From Mobula hypostoma (taxonomy: Eukaryota), in assembly GCF_963921235.1 (NCBI RefSeq), contig NC_086097.1, forward strand, positions 109,990,001-110,054,000: a stretch of 64,000 bases of DNA, in the 5' to 3' direction. This document shows, one piece after another, positions 11,642-23,820 of this stretch (its first letter is position 1; every line of letters starts with the position of its first letter). The translations under genes and the position numbers were made by a program. The notes below the pieces were generated by a model. It was not told the DNA's origin. It was given only the letters and a program-made list of their open reading frames with translations, and did not search any database.

Positions 11642-14600
11642 TACCTCTTCCTAGAGATGCTGCCTGGTCTGCTGCGTTCACCACAACTTTGATGTATGTT
11701 GCTTGAATTTCCAGAATGTGCAGAATTCCTGTTGTTGATGTTTTAAAATTCACTACTGCGAAGCCTCTTACGGTGATGCCTACACCGAAGAAGTTTAGAT
11801 CCTCTCTTCGACGGGAGTTCAGTGAAACCATCTCTCACTGCTCCCCATCTGTAATTTCTTCGGCTCTTCAACTTTTCAACCACATTTTGACTCAGACTCG
11901 CTATCACAGCCATATATCCTTTCTTGGAATGTGCCTCCATCGCCAACTTACTCCAGTTGGCTTTAGGATTCGTTTCCGAGCCTCTCAATTTGGACCTTCT
12001 GAGGATCCCAGGTACTCACATTTTATTGATTCTGCCTCTTGCTGCTTCTCCCGTCAAGCTCTGAAGGCGACCCTCTCCGCCATGAGGAGGTATGTGGTGT
12101 CCCTATCCCAGACCCTTCCACACCTTCGGGACACTTTCTTCACCATCTGTAATGGTCCTACCTGTTATTTCATCCTCCATTGGATCCATGCCTGCAATCA
12201 CCGTTTTTTTGACTTTGTCATGTTAGGCAAAGATCGCAAGATCCTACATCTGCAGACTCCAGAGCCTGCTGGCCCTGAAATTAGCAGGCATGAACTTCAG
12301 ATTGCCTCTGCCATTGATCTCGCCGGCTCCAACTCCTCAGGGCATATTCAAAACTCGGACTCCAGCAACGACCATGGACACCTTCAAAGCGATTGCGCAA
12401 CCACCAACTGCGACTCCAACCTTGAACTCCAGGCCGGGTCTTTATGTGCTGCTATTGTGACTCCCGTCTCCCCTTCCCCCATCACCACTCTCCAATCCTG
12501 TCTCCCTCAGATCCCATCGTCAACTCCTGGGTACTCAGAGGCTCCATCTTCCTCTCACCCCAACCCTCCCCTCTCCACTGACACCCCCAGCCTCCCCCCT
12601 CCCCCCTCTGATCCCAGCTCTCATCCATGCCGGGTCTTTATCATCCCCTCCGACCTTCAACTGTCGGAGGCAGAACGCTCGGTCCTCAGTAAGGGCCTCA
12701 CCTTTGTTCCCCTTCGCCCATACCACAGCGAGTTCTGTGTTCGCCATGATGCGGAACTCTTCTTCTGCCGTCTCCGTCTCCGAGCCTACTTCTTCAGCAA
12801 GGACTCTTCCACCCCCACCGATGACCCCTTCTTCTGTCTTCAACCCTCCTCTTCTTCATGGACACCCCGCTCTGGTCTTCTGCCTGCTCTGGATCTCTTT
12901 ATTGCTAATTGCCGACGGGACATCAACCGTCTCGACTTTACCGCACCTTGTCCCCATTCCAACCTCACTCCTTCGGAACACTCTGCTCTGCACTCCCTCC
13001 GCACTAATCCTAACCTTATTATTAAACCCGCCGATAAGGGGGGTGCTGTTGTAGTCTGCCGTACTGACCTCTACCTTGCTGAGGCACAGAAACAACTCGC
13101 GGATACCTCCTCTTATTTACCCCTCGATCGTGACCCCACTAAGGAGCACCAGGCCATTGTCTCCCACACCATCACCAACTTTATCCGCTCAGGGGATCTC
13201 CCATCCACTGCTACCAATCTTATAGTTCCCACACCTCGCACTTCCCGTTTCTACCTCCTACCCAAGATCCACAAACCTGCCTGTCCTGGCAGACCTATTG
13301 TCTCAGCTTGCTCTTGCCCCACCGAACTCATTTCTGCATATCTCGACACGGTTTTATCCCCCCTTGTTCAATTCCTCCCTACCTATGTTCGTGACACTTC
13401 TCACGCTCTTAAACTTTTCAATGATTTTAAGTTCCCTGGCCCCCACCGCTTTATTTTCACCATGGATGTCCAGTCCCTATATACTTCCATTCCCCCATTA
13501 GGAAGGTCTCAAAGCTCTCCGCTTCTTTTTGGATTCCAGACCTAATCAGTTCCCCTCTACCACCACTCTGCTCCGTCTAGCGGAATTAGTCCTCACCCTT
13601 AATAGTTTCTCCTTTGGCTCCTCCCACTTCCTCCAAACTGAAGGTGTAGCTATGGGCACCTGTATGGGTCCTAGCTATGCCTGCCCTTTTGTTGGCTTTG
13701 TGGAACAACCTATGTTCTGTACCTATTCTGGTATCTGTCCCCGACTCCTCCTTTGCTGCATCGACGACTGCATTGGCGCTGCTTCCTGCACGCATGCTGT
13801 GCTCGTTGACTTTATTGACTTTGCCTCCAACTTTCACCCTACCCTCAAGTTTACCTGGTCCATTTCTGACAGCTCCCTCCCCTTTCTAGATCTTTCTGTC
13901 TCTTGCTCTGGAATCAGCTTATCCACTGATGTCTACTCTAAGCCTACTGACTCTCACAGCTATCTGGACTATTCCTCTTCTCACCCTGTCTCTTGCAAAA
14001 ATGCCATCTCCTTCTCGTAATTCCTCCGTCTCCGCTGCATCTGCTCTCAGGATGAGGCTTTTCATTCCAGGACGAGGGAGATGTCCTCCTTTTTTAAAGA
14101 AAGGGGCTTCCCTTCCTCCACCATCAACCCTGCTCTCAAATGCATCTCCCCCATTTCACGTACATCTGCTCTCACTCCATCCTCCTGCCACCCCACTAGG
14201 AATAGGGTTCCCCTGGTCCTCACCTACCACCCCACCACCCTCCGGGTCCAAAATATTATTCTCTGTAACTTCCGCCACCTCCAACGGGATCCTACCACTA
14301 AGCACATCTTTCCCTTCCCCCCCCCCCGCTTTCCGCAGGGATCGCTCCCTACGCTACTCCCTTGTCCATCCGTCCCCACCATCCCTCCCCACTGATCTCC
14401 GTCCTGGCACTTATCCGTGTAAGCGGAACAAGTGCTACACATGCCCTTACACTTCCTCCCTTACCACCATTCAGGGCCTCAGTCAGTCCTTCCAGGTGAG
14501 ACAACACTTCACCTGTGAGTCGGCTGGGGTGATATACTGCGTCCGGTGCTCCCGATGTAGCCTTCTATATATTGACGAGACCCAACGCAGACTGGGAGAC

Positions 14601-15114
14601 CGCTTTGCTGAACACCTACGCTCTGTCCGCCAGAGAAAGCAGGATCTCCCAGTGGCCACACATTTTAATTCCACATCCCATTCCCATTCTGACATGTCTA
14701 TCCACGGCCTCCTCTACTGTAAAGATGAAGCCACACTCAGGTTGGAGCAACAACACCTGATATTCCGTCTGGGTAGCCTCCAACCTGATGGCATGAACAT
14801 TGACTTCTCTAACTTCTGCTAATGCCCCACCTCCCCCTCGTACCCCATCCGTTATTTATTTTTATACACACATTCTTTCTCTCACTCTCCTTTTTCTCCC
14901 TCTGTCCCTCTGACTATACTCCTTGCCCATCCTCTGGGTTCCCCCCGCCCTTGTCTTTCGCCCTGGGCCTCTTGTCCCATGATCCTCTCATATCCCTTTT
15001 GCCAATCAACTGCCCAGCTCTTGGCTCCATCCCTCCCTCTCTTGTCTTCTCCTATCATTTCGGATCTCCCCTTCCCCTCCCACTTTCAAATCTCTTACTC
15101 ACTCTTCCTTCAGT

Positions 15115-15152
15115 TAGTCCTGACGAAGGGTCTCGGCCTGAAACGTTGACTG
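15115..15152 (+). ncRNA. Minimal hammerhead ribozyme motif in 3' pseudo-LTR (best-preserved core)
   Basis: AGTC-CTGACGA-A-GGGT-CTCG-GCCT-GAAAC-GTT-GACT; core CUGANGA/GAAA/UH all present. Confidence 0.78.
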
Positions 15153-15489
15153 TACCTCTTCCTAGAGATGCTGCCTGGCCTGCTGCGTTCACCAGCAACT
15201 TTGATGTGTGTTGCAAAGCTATTTCCTCTAGCTTTAGGCTCAGTATCCCGAGAAAAAGATTGTGACCATTCTCCTTTTCCATTTCCCTCATGATTTTATA
15301 TATCTCTTTAAGATTAACCTGCAGCCTCCTACACCGCATAGAAACACCATGATCTTATCCACTCTGTCCTTACAACTCAAACTGTCCAATCCTGGCAGCA
15401 ACCTTGTGAATCTTTGCTGCACTATTTCTAGCTCAGTAACATTGTTCCTACCCCTCAGTGACCAACAGGGTGCACGATACCCTTCAAGT

Positions 15490-15941
15490 CGCTACAAAGG
15501 ATTGCAATGACTGCTGAGAGGATCACCATGGTCTGCTTTCTGCCCATTGGAGATATTTATCAGGAACGCTGCAGATGCAGGGCTGTTAGCATTGTCAATA
15601 ATCCTTCCCATCTGTCCAATAATCTCTTTAGCCCCTACCATCAACAAGAGTTGCCATAGCATTAGGACAAGAACTGTTACGATGGGAAACAGCTTCTTCC
15701 CCAGGTCATAAGATTACTAAATTCCCTGCAACCACCTGGGTTTCATCACGCATGAAACACCAGTAGTGTTACTCTGTTTACCTTTTAACTTGTATTGTTA
15801 ATGCATCTTTTATTTGTTAAGTTACTAGTGGTAATATTACTTTGTGAGTGTATCTACTGTGTTGTGCAGCGAAATGTTGTTTTGTTTGCCGGTATACATG
15901 TGTACGGCTGAATGACAATAATCTTGAATTTGAACTTGAAC
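15490..15941 (+). mobile_element. Rex1/Babar 3' fragment
   Basis: Rex1-like C-terminal coding remnant and (CTTGAA)n tail. Confidence 0.7.
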
Positions 15942-18115
15942 TGCAGTCTTGTACAACTGTAACATGATGTCCCACCTCTGGTACTCAGTGCCCTGACCGA
16001 TGAAGACAAGTGTAGTAGACATTCTGCATACCTGTGTTGCCACTTTCAGAGAGCTCCAATCTTTAAATCAACCCTCTAGTACCAGCCTTTGACTTCTACC
16101 ACCAAGCAATTTTTTGTATGCATTTGGCTAGTTCAACTGGATGCAATCTGCATGCGAGAACTTGTCAAAGACATCGTTAAAGTCCACGTAGACCACTCAT
16201 CAGCCATCTTCATCACTTCCTCAGAGAACTCAGTCATACTTCTGAGATAGGATCTCTCCACCATACAAAGCTACTGTATGCTGACTATTACTGAGAAGTT
16301 CTTTTTTTTCAAATGTGAGTAAATCCTGTCTGTAGGAAACTTCCCCAGTCATTTCTCTTCCACTGATGCAAAGTTAACTTGCGTACAATTTTCTAAATTA
16401 TTCCAGTTCCCCTTGGCTGGTCACCCATACTGTGTAGTGGTTGCAATAGCAGAGGTTGAGAGAGGGCAGAGATGTGAAAATCCAAACAACCGATTTGTCA
16501 TCAAAAAAGTTAGGTTAAATTATTAGACCATAGGCCATAGACCATAGAAGCAGAAGTCGGCCATTCGGCCCATCAAGTCTGCTCTGCCATTTTATCATGA
16601 GCTGATCCATTTTCCCATTTAGTCCCACTCCCCCACCTTCTCTCTATAACCCTTTGATGCCCTGGCTACTCAGATACCTATCAATCTCTGCCTTAAATAT
16701 CCCCAATGACCTGGCCTCCACTGCTGCCCGTGGCAACAAATTCCATAGATTCACCACCCTCTGACTAAAAAAATTTCTTCGCATTTCTGTTCTGAATGGG
16801 CGCCCTTCAATCCTTAAGTCATACCCTATCATACTAGACTCCTCATCATTGGAAACAACTTTGCCACATCCACTCTGTCCATGCCTTTCAACATTCAAAA
16901 TGTTTCTATGAGGTCTCCCCTCATTCTTCTAAACTCCAAGGAATACAGTCCAAGAGTGGACAAACGTTCCTCATATGTTAACCCTCTCATTCCCGGAATC
17001 ATTCTAGTGAATCTTCTCTGTACCTTCTCCAACGTCAGCACATCCTTTCTTAAATAAGGAGACCAAAACTGCCCACAGTACTCCAAGTGAGGTCTCACCA
17101 GCGCCTTATAGAGCCGAACATCACAACCCTGCACCTATACTCTATTCCTCTAGAAATGAATGCCAACATTGCATTCGCCTTCTTCACTACCGACTCAACC
17201 TGGAGGTTAACTTTAAGGGTATCCTGTACGAGGACTCCCAAGTCCCGTTGCATCTCAGAACTTTGAATTCTTTCCCCATTTAGTCTGCCCGTTTATTTCT
17301 TCTGCCAAAGTGCATAACCATACACTTTCCAACATTGTATTTCATTTGCCACTTCTTTGCCCATTCTTCCAATCTATCCAGTCCCTCTGCAGATTCTCCG
17401 TTTCCTCAACACTACCGGCCCCTCCACCTATCTTCGTATCGTAACCTAATCTTCGTATTAGGTTGGATCATGGAAAGATTTGGGTAAACTCAATGAGCTG
17501 TTCCTCGTGTCTATATTTTTACAAAGCATTACTGCATGTGTACTCGCTTCATCCACCACTACTAGGCTCAGATGACACTGAAGACCCTTAGATTGCCATC
17601 AGGACATAGCAGACCAAATCCTGACTTCAAACAGAATTTATTTAGTTCTAATGAACAGAAAGTGTAAGTGATCAAAATGTTCTGGTTACACTTAGAGTCT
17701 TGCAGAATGGAAATAGACTATTCAACCAACTCATCTATGCTCACTGTGTTGTCCCATCTAACCACAGTTGGCCTATAGCCCCCTAAATCTTTCCTACCCA
17801 TGTACTTATCTAGATGGCTTTTAAACATTGTTAATGTGCCTGCTGATTCCAAACATACACCACTCTTTCTTAGAAGAAGCTTCCCCTGTTGTTACTTTCA
17901 AACCTGTTACCTCCAGTCTTAAAGCTATGCCCTCTAGTTTTTAGTATCCCTTTTGTTGGGAAAAACACCATGTGACTTCTCTCTGTCTATGCCCCTCATG
18001 ATCTTATAGACCTCTATCAGGACAGCTTTCAATCTCCTATGTTCCAAAGAAAAGAACACAGAACAGTACAACACTGGACAGGCTAGTTGGCTAACAATGT
18101 TGCCCTGATCTGGAG
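15942..18115 (-). mobile_element. Cluster of minus-strand CR1 fragments (best copy 16525-17445)
   Basis: ORFs 16895-17134 (LYKALVRPHLEYC.QFWSP), 16644-16898 and 17934-18140; (AGACCAT)n tail at ~16525. Confidence 0.85.
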
Positions 18116-18129
18116 CCAATGTGTACAAA

Positions 18130-20290
18130 ATGCCCTCCACTTATTACCCCAGAATGCATTATCTCATTAGATGCTGAGAAAGCCTTTGATAGAGTTGAAT
18201 GGCCTTATTTATTTAGTGTGCTTGAGAAATTTAATTTTAGTTGGACATTTATATCTTGGATTAAATTGTTATATTATTCCCCAGTAGCTTCAGTTTGTAC
18301 TAATAATCAAAGATCTCCCTTTTTTCACCTTTTTCATGGTACTAGGCAAGGATGTCCTCTTAGTCCTTTACTATTTAATATCGCTCTTGAACCTTTAGCA
18401 ATTGCTATCCGTGACTCGCCCAATATTTTTGGTATTACCCACGGAAACGAAATACATAAATTATCACTATATGCAGATGATTTGTTATTATATATCTCTA
18501 ATCCGGAGAAGTCAATTCCTGCTATTCTAGCTTTGTTGGCTCAATTTAGTAATTTTTCTGGCTACAAATTGAATCTTAATAAGAGTGAATTATTTCCCCT
18601 AAGTAAACAGGTACCTATTTATGGATCTTTACCATTTAAATTGATTACTGACTCATTTATATATTTAGGGATAAAAATTACGAAAAAGTATAAAGACTTA
18701 TTTAAAGTTAATTTTTTACCTTTAATTGATCAGATTAAACTTTCGTTTACTAAATGGTCACCAATTTCTTTGTCTTTGATTGGTCGGATTAATGCTATTA
18801 AGATGATTATTTTGCCCAAATTTCTATATGTATTTCAATCGGTTCCAATTTTTATCCCAAAATCTTTTTTCGATAATGTTGATTCAAAAATTTCCTCATA
18901 TATATGGCAGAACAAAAATCCTAGGCTAGGTAAAAGGTATTTACAGAAATCTAAAAAGGATGGGGGGGGTCGCCGTCCCGAATTTTAGATTCTATTATTG
19001 GGCAATTAATATTCGATACTTAAAATTTTGGTTACGAGATTTGGATGTATCTTTAAATCCACATTGGGTAAATCTTGAATGTAATTCTTTACAAGGGTTC
19101 TCTTTGGGTTCGGTTTTAGGAACTTCGCTTCCTTTTATTTCTTCTAAATTGTATAAACAAATGAATAATCCAATAGTTAAGCATACTTTACGTATATGGT
19201 TTCAAATCCGAAGATTATTTCGGGTTCAATCAATTTATTTTAGCAAGTCCTATTATATCTAATTTCCTTTTTCAACCTTGCACTATGGATCAAGCTTACT
19301 TTGATTGGAAAAACCAAAGGTATGGTACGTTTTCGTGATTTATTTTTAGATAATTGTTTCATATCTTTTGATCAACTTTCTAATAAACATAACTTACCCA
19401 GATCTCACTTTTTTAGATACCTACAGATTAGAAACTTTTTAATTACTGCTTCTCCTAATTTTCCACGTTCATGTCCAATGGATACTTTGGAAAAAATTTT
19501 AGATCTAAATCTCTCTCAGAAAAATGTTGTCGCAATTATTTGTAACAGAATTATGAATTCATGTCCTGATGTTTCCAATAAAATTAAAGCTGATAGGGAA
19601 AGAGAACTTAAGATTATTATACTGATCGAAAAATGGGAAAAAATTCTTCAATTGGTTAATTCATCCTCTCTACGTGCTAAACATGCGTTGATACAGTTTA
19701 AAGTAGTGCACCGGGCTCATATGTCCAAAGATAAACTATCTCGTTATTACTCTTATATTAATCCTATATGTGATAGATGTCATTCTGAGATAGCCTCTTT
19801 AACTCACATATTTTGGTCATGTCCTTTGTTGGAAAAATATTGGAAAGATATTTTTGATATTATTTCAACGGTTTTGAATATAGACTTACAACCTCACCCA
19901 ATTACTGCTATTTTTGGATTACCAATGATAGACTCAAATCATTTAACCTCTTCAGCACGCCTGATGATTGCATTTCTTACTTTAATGGCTAGAAGATCCA
20001 TTTTGCTGAATTGGAAAGAGATTAACCCTCCTACTGTATTTCACTGGTTTTCACAAACTATGGTGTGTTTGAATTCGGAAAAAATTAGAAGTGTGGTTTA
20101 TGACCCTTCCATTAAATTTGAAAAAACTTGGAGGCCATTTATTCAGCATTTTCATATGATGTAATTTGACTATTTCCAAACTTATTTTACTTCTCTGTAG
20201 AGTTGGTTGAGAGGAATGGAGTCGTTGACACTAAGGTTTTCTTTTCTTCCATTTTTACGTTGTTAAAATTGCCCAAGTCTTTTTAGTTTA
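18130..20290 (+). mobile_element. L1-clade LINE ORF2, 5'-truncated, with frameshifts
   Basis: ISLDAEKAFDRVEW, GTRQGCPLSPLLF, LYADD and C-terminal CCHC knuckle CDRC...THIFWSC across ORFs 18119-18988, 18960-19262 and 19301-20164. AT-rich; stop at 20162-20164. Confidence 0.93.
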
Positions 20291-20574
20291 GTTGACTAAT
20301 GTGTAACCAGAACTGCATGCAATACTCTGAGTGTACTGTGACCAAAGTTATATATGGCTGCAGCATTCATCCCTACTTTTATACTCAACACCCCTGCTAG
20401 TGAAGGCAAGCATGGCATATGCCTTCTATACCACCTTCTCTATTTTTGCAACCACTTACAGCGGACTGTGGACCTGGACCCCAAGATCCTCTGTACCAAA
20501 TAAGGAGTCTACCATTCACTGTATAGTTTCTCCTTCCATGTGACCTTGCAAAGTGCAACACCTCATACTTGCTC

Positions 20575-21277
20575 TGTCTGCCACTCTCTGCTGACGTGGT
20601 CAAATGGTGCAAGCTGAATCATCTGCAGCTCAACATCAGTAAGACAAAGGAGATGGTGTTGGACTTTAGGAAGACTAAGCCTGCACGGCTCCCTGTTACT
20701 ATTGATGGTGAGGGCATGGATGTGGTGAGGATCTACAAGTACCTGGGGCTGCACCTGGATGACAGGATTAAGTGGAGCGCCAACACAAGGGCCAGAGTCA
20801 CTTGTACTTCCTGAGTAGACGGAGGTCCTTTGGAGTATGCAAGCCTCTCCTTCACATGCTCTACCAGTCCGTTGTCGCCAGTCCAATCTTCTATGTGGTG
20901 GTATGCTTGGGCAACAGGCTCAATAAACTGATTAGAAAAGCTGGCTCTGTTTAGGAGTCATATTGGACACACTGGAGGCTGTGGTAGAACAAAGAACTCA
21001 ATAGAAAATCCTGGCAATTCTGGACAATGTTTCTCACCTTCTGAATGCCACCTTGGCTGAACAGAGGATCACTTTTAGAAATACCTTACCCTTGGCCTTT
21101 AGGCTCTATAATGAGTCAGCCTACAGCTGGGGAAGTGTTGACTACCTCCTGTTGGACTGTTTGAGTTAACTTTATTCTTACTTACCTTCTAAAACTTATA
21201 TATCTGTGCACTAGAAATGCTACTGTGACATTGTCAATTTCCTTTGGGATCAATAAAGTATCTATTTATCTATATCT
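20575..21277 (+). mobile_element. Rex1/Babar 3' portion
   Basis: WCKLNHLQLNISKTKEMVLDFRK...YKYLG; ends aataaagtatctatttatct. Confidence 0.85.
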
Positions 21278-21279
21278 GT

Positions 21280-23110
21280 AACTGATTTATATCCTGCTGT
21301 ATTCCTTAATAGTCCTTTACGCTTCTGTTTCTCCAACAATATTATGCTGTCTGCAAACTTGCTAATCCACCTATTGACATTTTCACAAGCAAATCATTGA
21401 TACTTACCACAAATAAAGTCATAGTCTACATAATCTCTTCTTGGGATTCCTGCAGTTTGAAACCTTGTCTTCCACATCCAGTGGTAACTGAATTCATTCC
21501 TCAAATCCACCTGCATTATTCTCAACTGAAGTTCATTACTATTTACCTCATGACCTCTATCAGATTACCCCTCTATCTCCTACATTCCAGGGACTAAAGT
21601 CCTGGTCTACACAACTTCTCGTTGGAATACAGATCCCCAAGCCCAGTCAATGTCCTGGTAATTTTTTTTAAACCTTTCTAGTTCAATAACAGGTTTCCTA
21701 TTACATGATTGTCCAGTTTGTGTATAACACTCCGAGTGAGGCCTCACTATCATCCGTAGCATAGTGCTCCAACTCCTATACTCAGAGACCTGATTGATGC
21801 AGGCGAGCATGCCAAACACTTTCTTCACCACCCTCTCTGCTTGTGATGACAGTTTCTGTGAACTTTGCCCTTGCTCTCCTAAATCCCATTGTTCCTTAAT
21901 GTTCCTCAGAGTCCTGTCATTCACTGCATAAGGCCAACCCTGGTTGGATCTCCAAAAATGCAACACCTCACATTTATCTGGATTGAAAGTCTTTTGCCAA
22001 ACCTTAGGACACGTATTAAATTGATCAAGATTTCCCTGTAATTTTTCATTACCTTCTACATTATATCTGTTTCAGTATCTTCCACAGACCTACCAGTCAC
22101 ACTTTGTACATTTACATCTAAGTTGATTATATATAAATTACAAACTATAAAGATCCCAACACTTTGTGGTACACCACTAGACATAGGCCTCTAGTCTAAG
22201 AAACAATACTGACCATCATCTTCTGTTCCCTGTTGAGACAATTGTGATTCCAATATGCTATCTCCCCCTGGATTCCATGCATTCTAACCTTCCAGACTAG
22301 CCTGTCATGAGAGTCCTCATCAAAGGCCTTGCTAAAGCCCACCTAGACAGCATCCATTGCTCTACCATCATCAACTGTCTTCACTACCTCCTGCAAGAAC
22401 TCCAAGAGATTCATCAGACATGACTTCCCACCCACAAAGCTGTGCTGACTGTTCTGAATAAGACCCTGTCTCTGCAAAAGTTGGTCAATCCTGTCCCTCA
22501 GAAAATGTCTCCAGTAATTTACTCACCACCAGTGTCAGACTCGCTAGACTGCAGTCTCCCGACTAGTGTTTGCTATCTTTTTAAACAATGGTACAATATC
22601 AGTCACTCTCCAGTCCTCTGGAAATTCACCTGTGGCAAAGATGAAGGAAAAATTTCCATAAGAGCCTCTAAAATTTCTTCTCTCCCTTCCCACAAAGTCC
22701 GAGAATGTACGCTAGGGATTTTTCACCTAACTGCCCTTTAAGGCCTCCAATACCTCCTAACAGCTTACTTTTATGTGTCCAAGAAAACTCATTTCCCCAT
22801 GTTTTTAGACTCCATCTTTCTTTTTTCCACAGTAAGAACTGAAGAGATATATTTGTTAAAAAATCACCCTTTTCCATTGGTTCCACACTCACAGAACCAT
22901 GCTGACCTTTAAGAGGACCTATTATCCCTCTAACCATCCTTCTTAATCTAACAAATCTCTTGGGATTTTGCCTCACCTTGCCTGACAGATCATTTTCTTA
23001 TCCTCTTTTTGGCCCCTTATCATCTCTGTTAAGTGTACTCCTATACTTTTGATAACCATCAAGAGATTCACTAGCTCCCAACTGCTTACACATAGTAGTA
23101 TACTTCACTG
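21280..23110 (-). mobile_element. Decayed CR1 fragments
   Basis: ORFs 21607-21966 and 22668-22976 show CR1 ORF2 remnants (NPKRF..IGPLK). Confidence 0.75.
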
Positions 23111-23114
23111 CTTT

Positions 23115-23820
23115 TCAAAGTTCAAAGTAAATGTATTATCAAATTATGTATATGTCACCGTACATTACTTTGAAGTTAATTTTCTTGCAGATTTTCACAG
23201 TAGAACAGAATCAATGAAAAACTATGTACAGACAACTAATGTGCAAAAGAAGACAAACTGTGCAAATCAATTTTTAAAAATAAATAAATCAATACTACAG
23301 AGAAAATGAGTTGTAGAGTCCTTAAAAGTGAGTTCATAGCTTGTGGACTATGCAACATTTATGGAAAAAAGTAAACAGATGATGTTTCATGCTGAGACTC
23401 TTTATCAGGACAGTTGCTCCAGCATTTTGTGTGTATTTGATTTCCAGCATCTGCAGATTTTCTCCAGTTCACAGTTGGTGGAATCCATTCAGAGTTGAGG
23501 TGAGTGAAGTTATCCGTACTGGTTCAGAAGCCTGATGGTTGAAGGGTAATAGCCATGTCTGCACCTGGTGGTGTGGGACTTAAGGCTCCTTCCGGATGGT
23601 AACAATGAGAAGAGAGCATGGATTGGATGGTGGGATCCTTGATAATGGATGTTCTCGTTCTTAAGTGTTCCTTATAAATATGTTCAATGGTGGGGAGGGG
23701 TTTCCTGTTATGGATTGGGCTCTGCCTAACAGATCTTGTAGCATTTCTTTTCTTGGGCATTGGTGTTTCCATACCAGGCCATGAGGCAACCAGTTGGGAT
23801 ACTCTCCACTATTAGATCCC
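23115..23820 (-). mobile_element. Rex1/Babar 3' portion containing an inserted PLE-derived hammerhead fragment (23350-23465)
   Basis: (TTCAAAG)n tail and Rex1 C-terminal remnants; minus-strand tcctgataaagagtctcagcatgaaacatc. Confidence 0.7.

Larger units (their letters stand above)
11353..15214 (+). mobile_element. Penelope-like element (Neptune type), near full length, tandem pseudo-LTRs, disrupted ORF
   Basis: ORF pieces 11716-13545, 13529-14020, 14081-14395 and 13929-14822 give: N-terminal HISFLGMC..LTPVGF; IIKPADKGG; FYLLPKIHK..PGRPIVS; MDVQSLYTSIP; GVAMG; CCIDD (from RYIDD); Cys linker CKRNKCYTC; GIY-YIG VIYCVRC..LYIDET. Direct repeats lie at ~11353-11702 and ~14863-15214, with TSD aaagctatttcct at 11340-11352 and 15215-15227. 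Confidence 0.95.

Noticed and set aside
11337..11831. Small ORFs repeated at 11337-11831, 14822-15339 and 50625-50889 as a gene family
   Set aside because: They are incidental frames in the PLE pseudo-LTR repeat.
18118..20305. aatgtgta as TSD of the L1
   Set aside because: An 8-bp AT-rich match with no poly(A) tail, and the flanks do not clearly rejoin; it could be chance.
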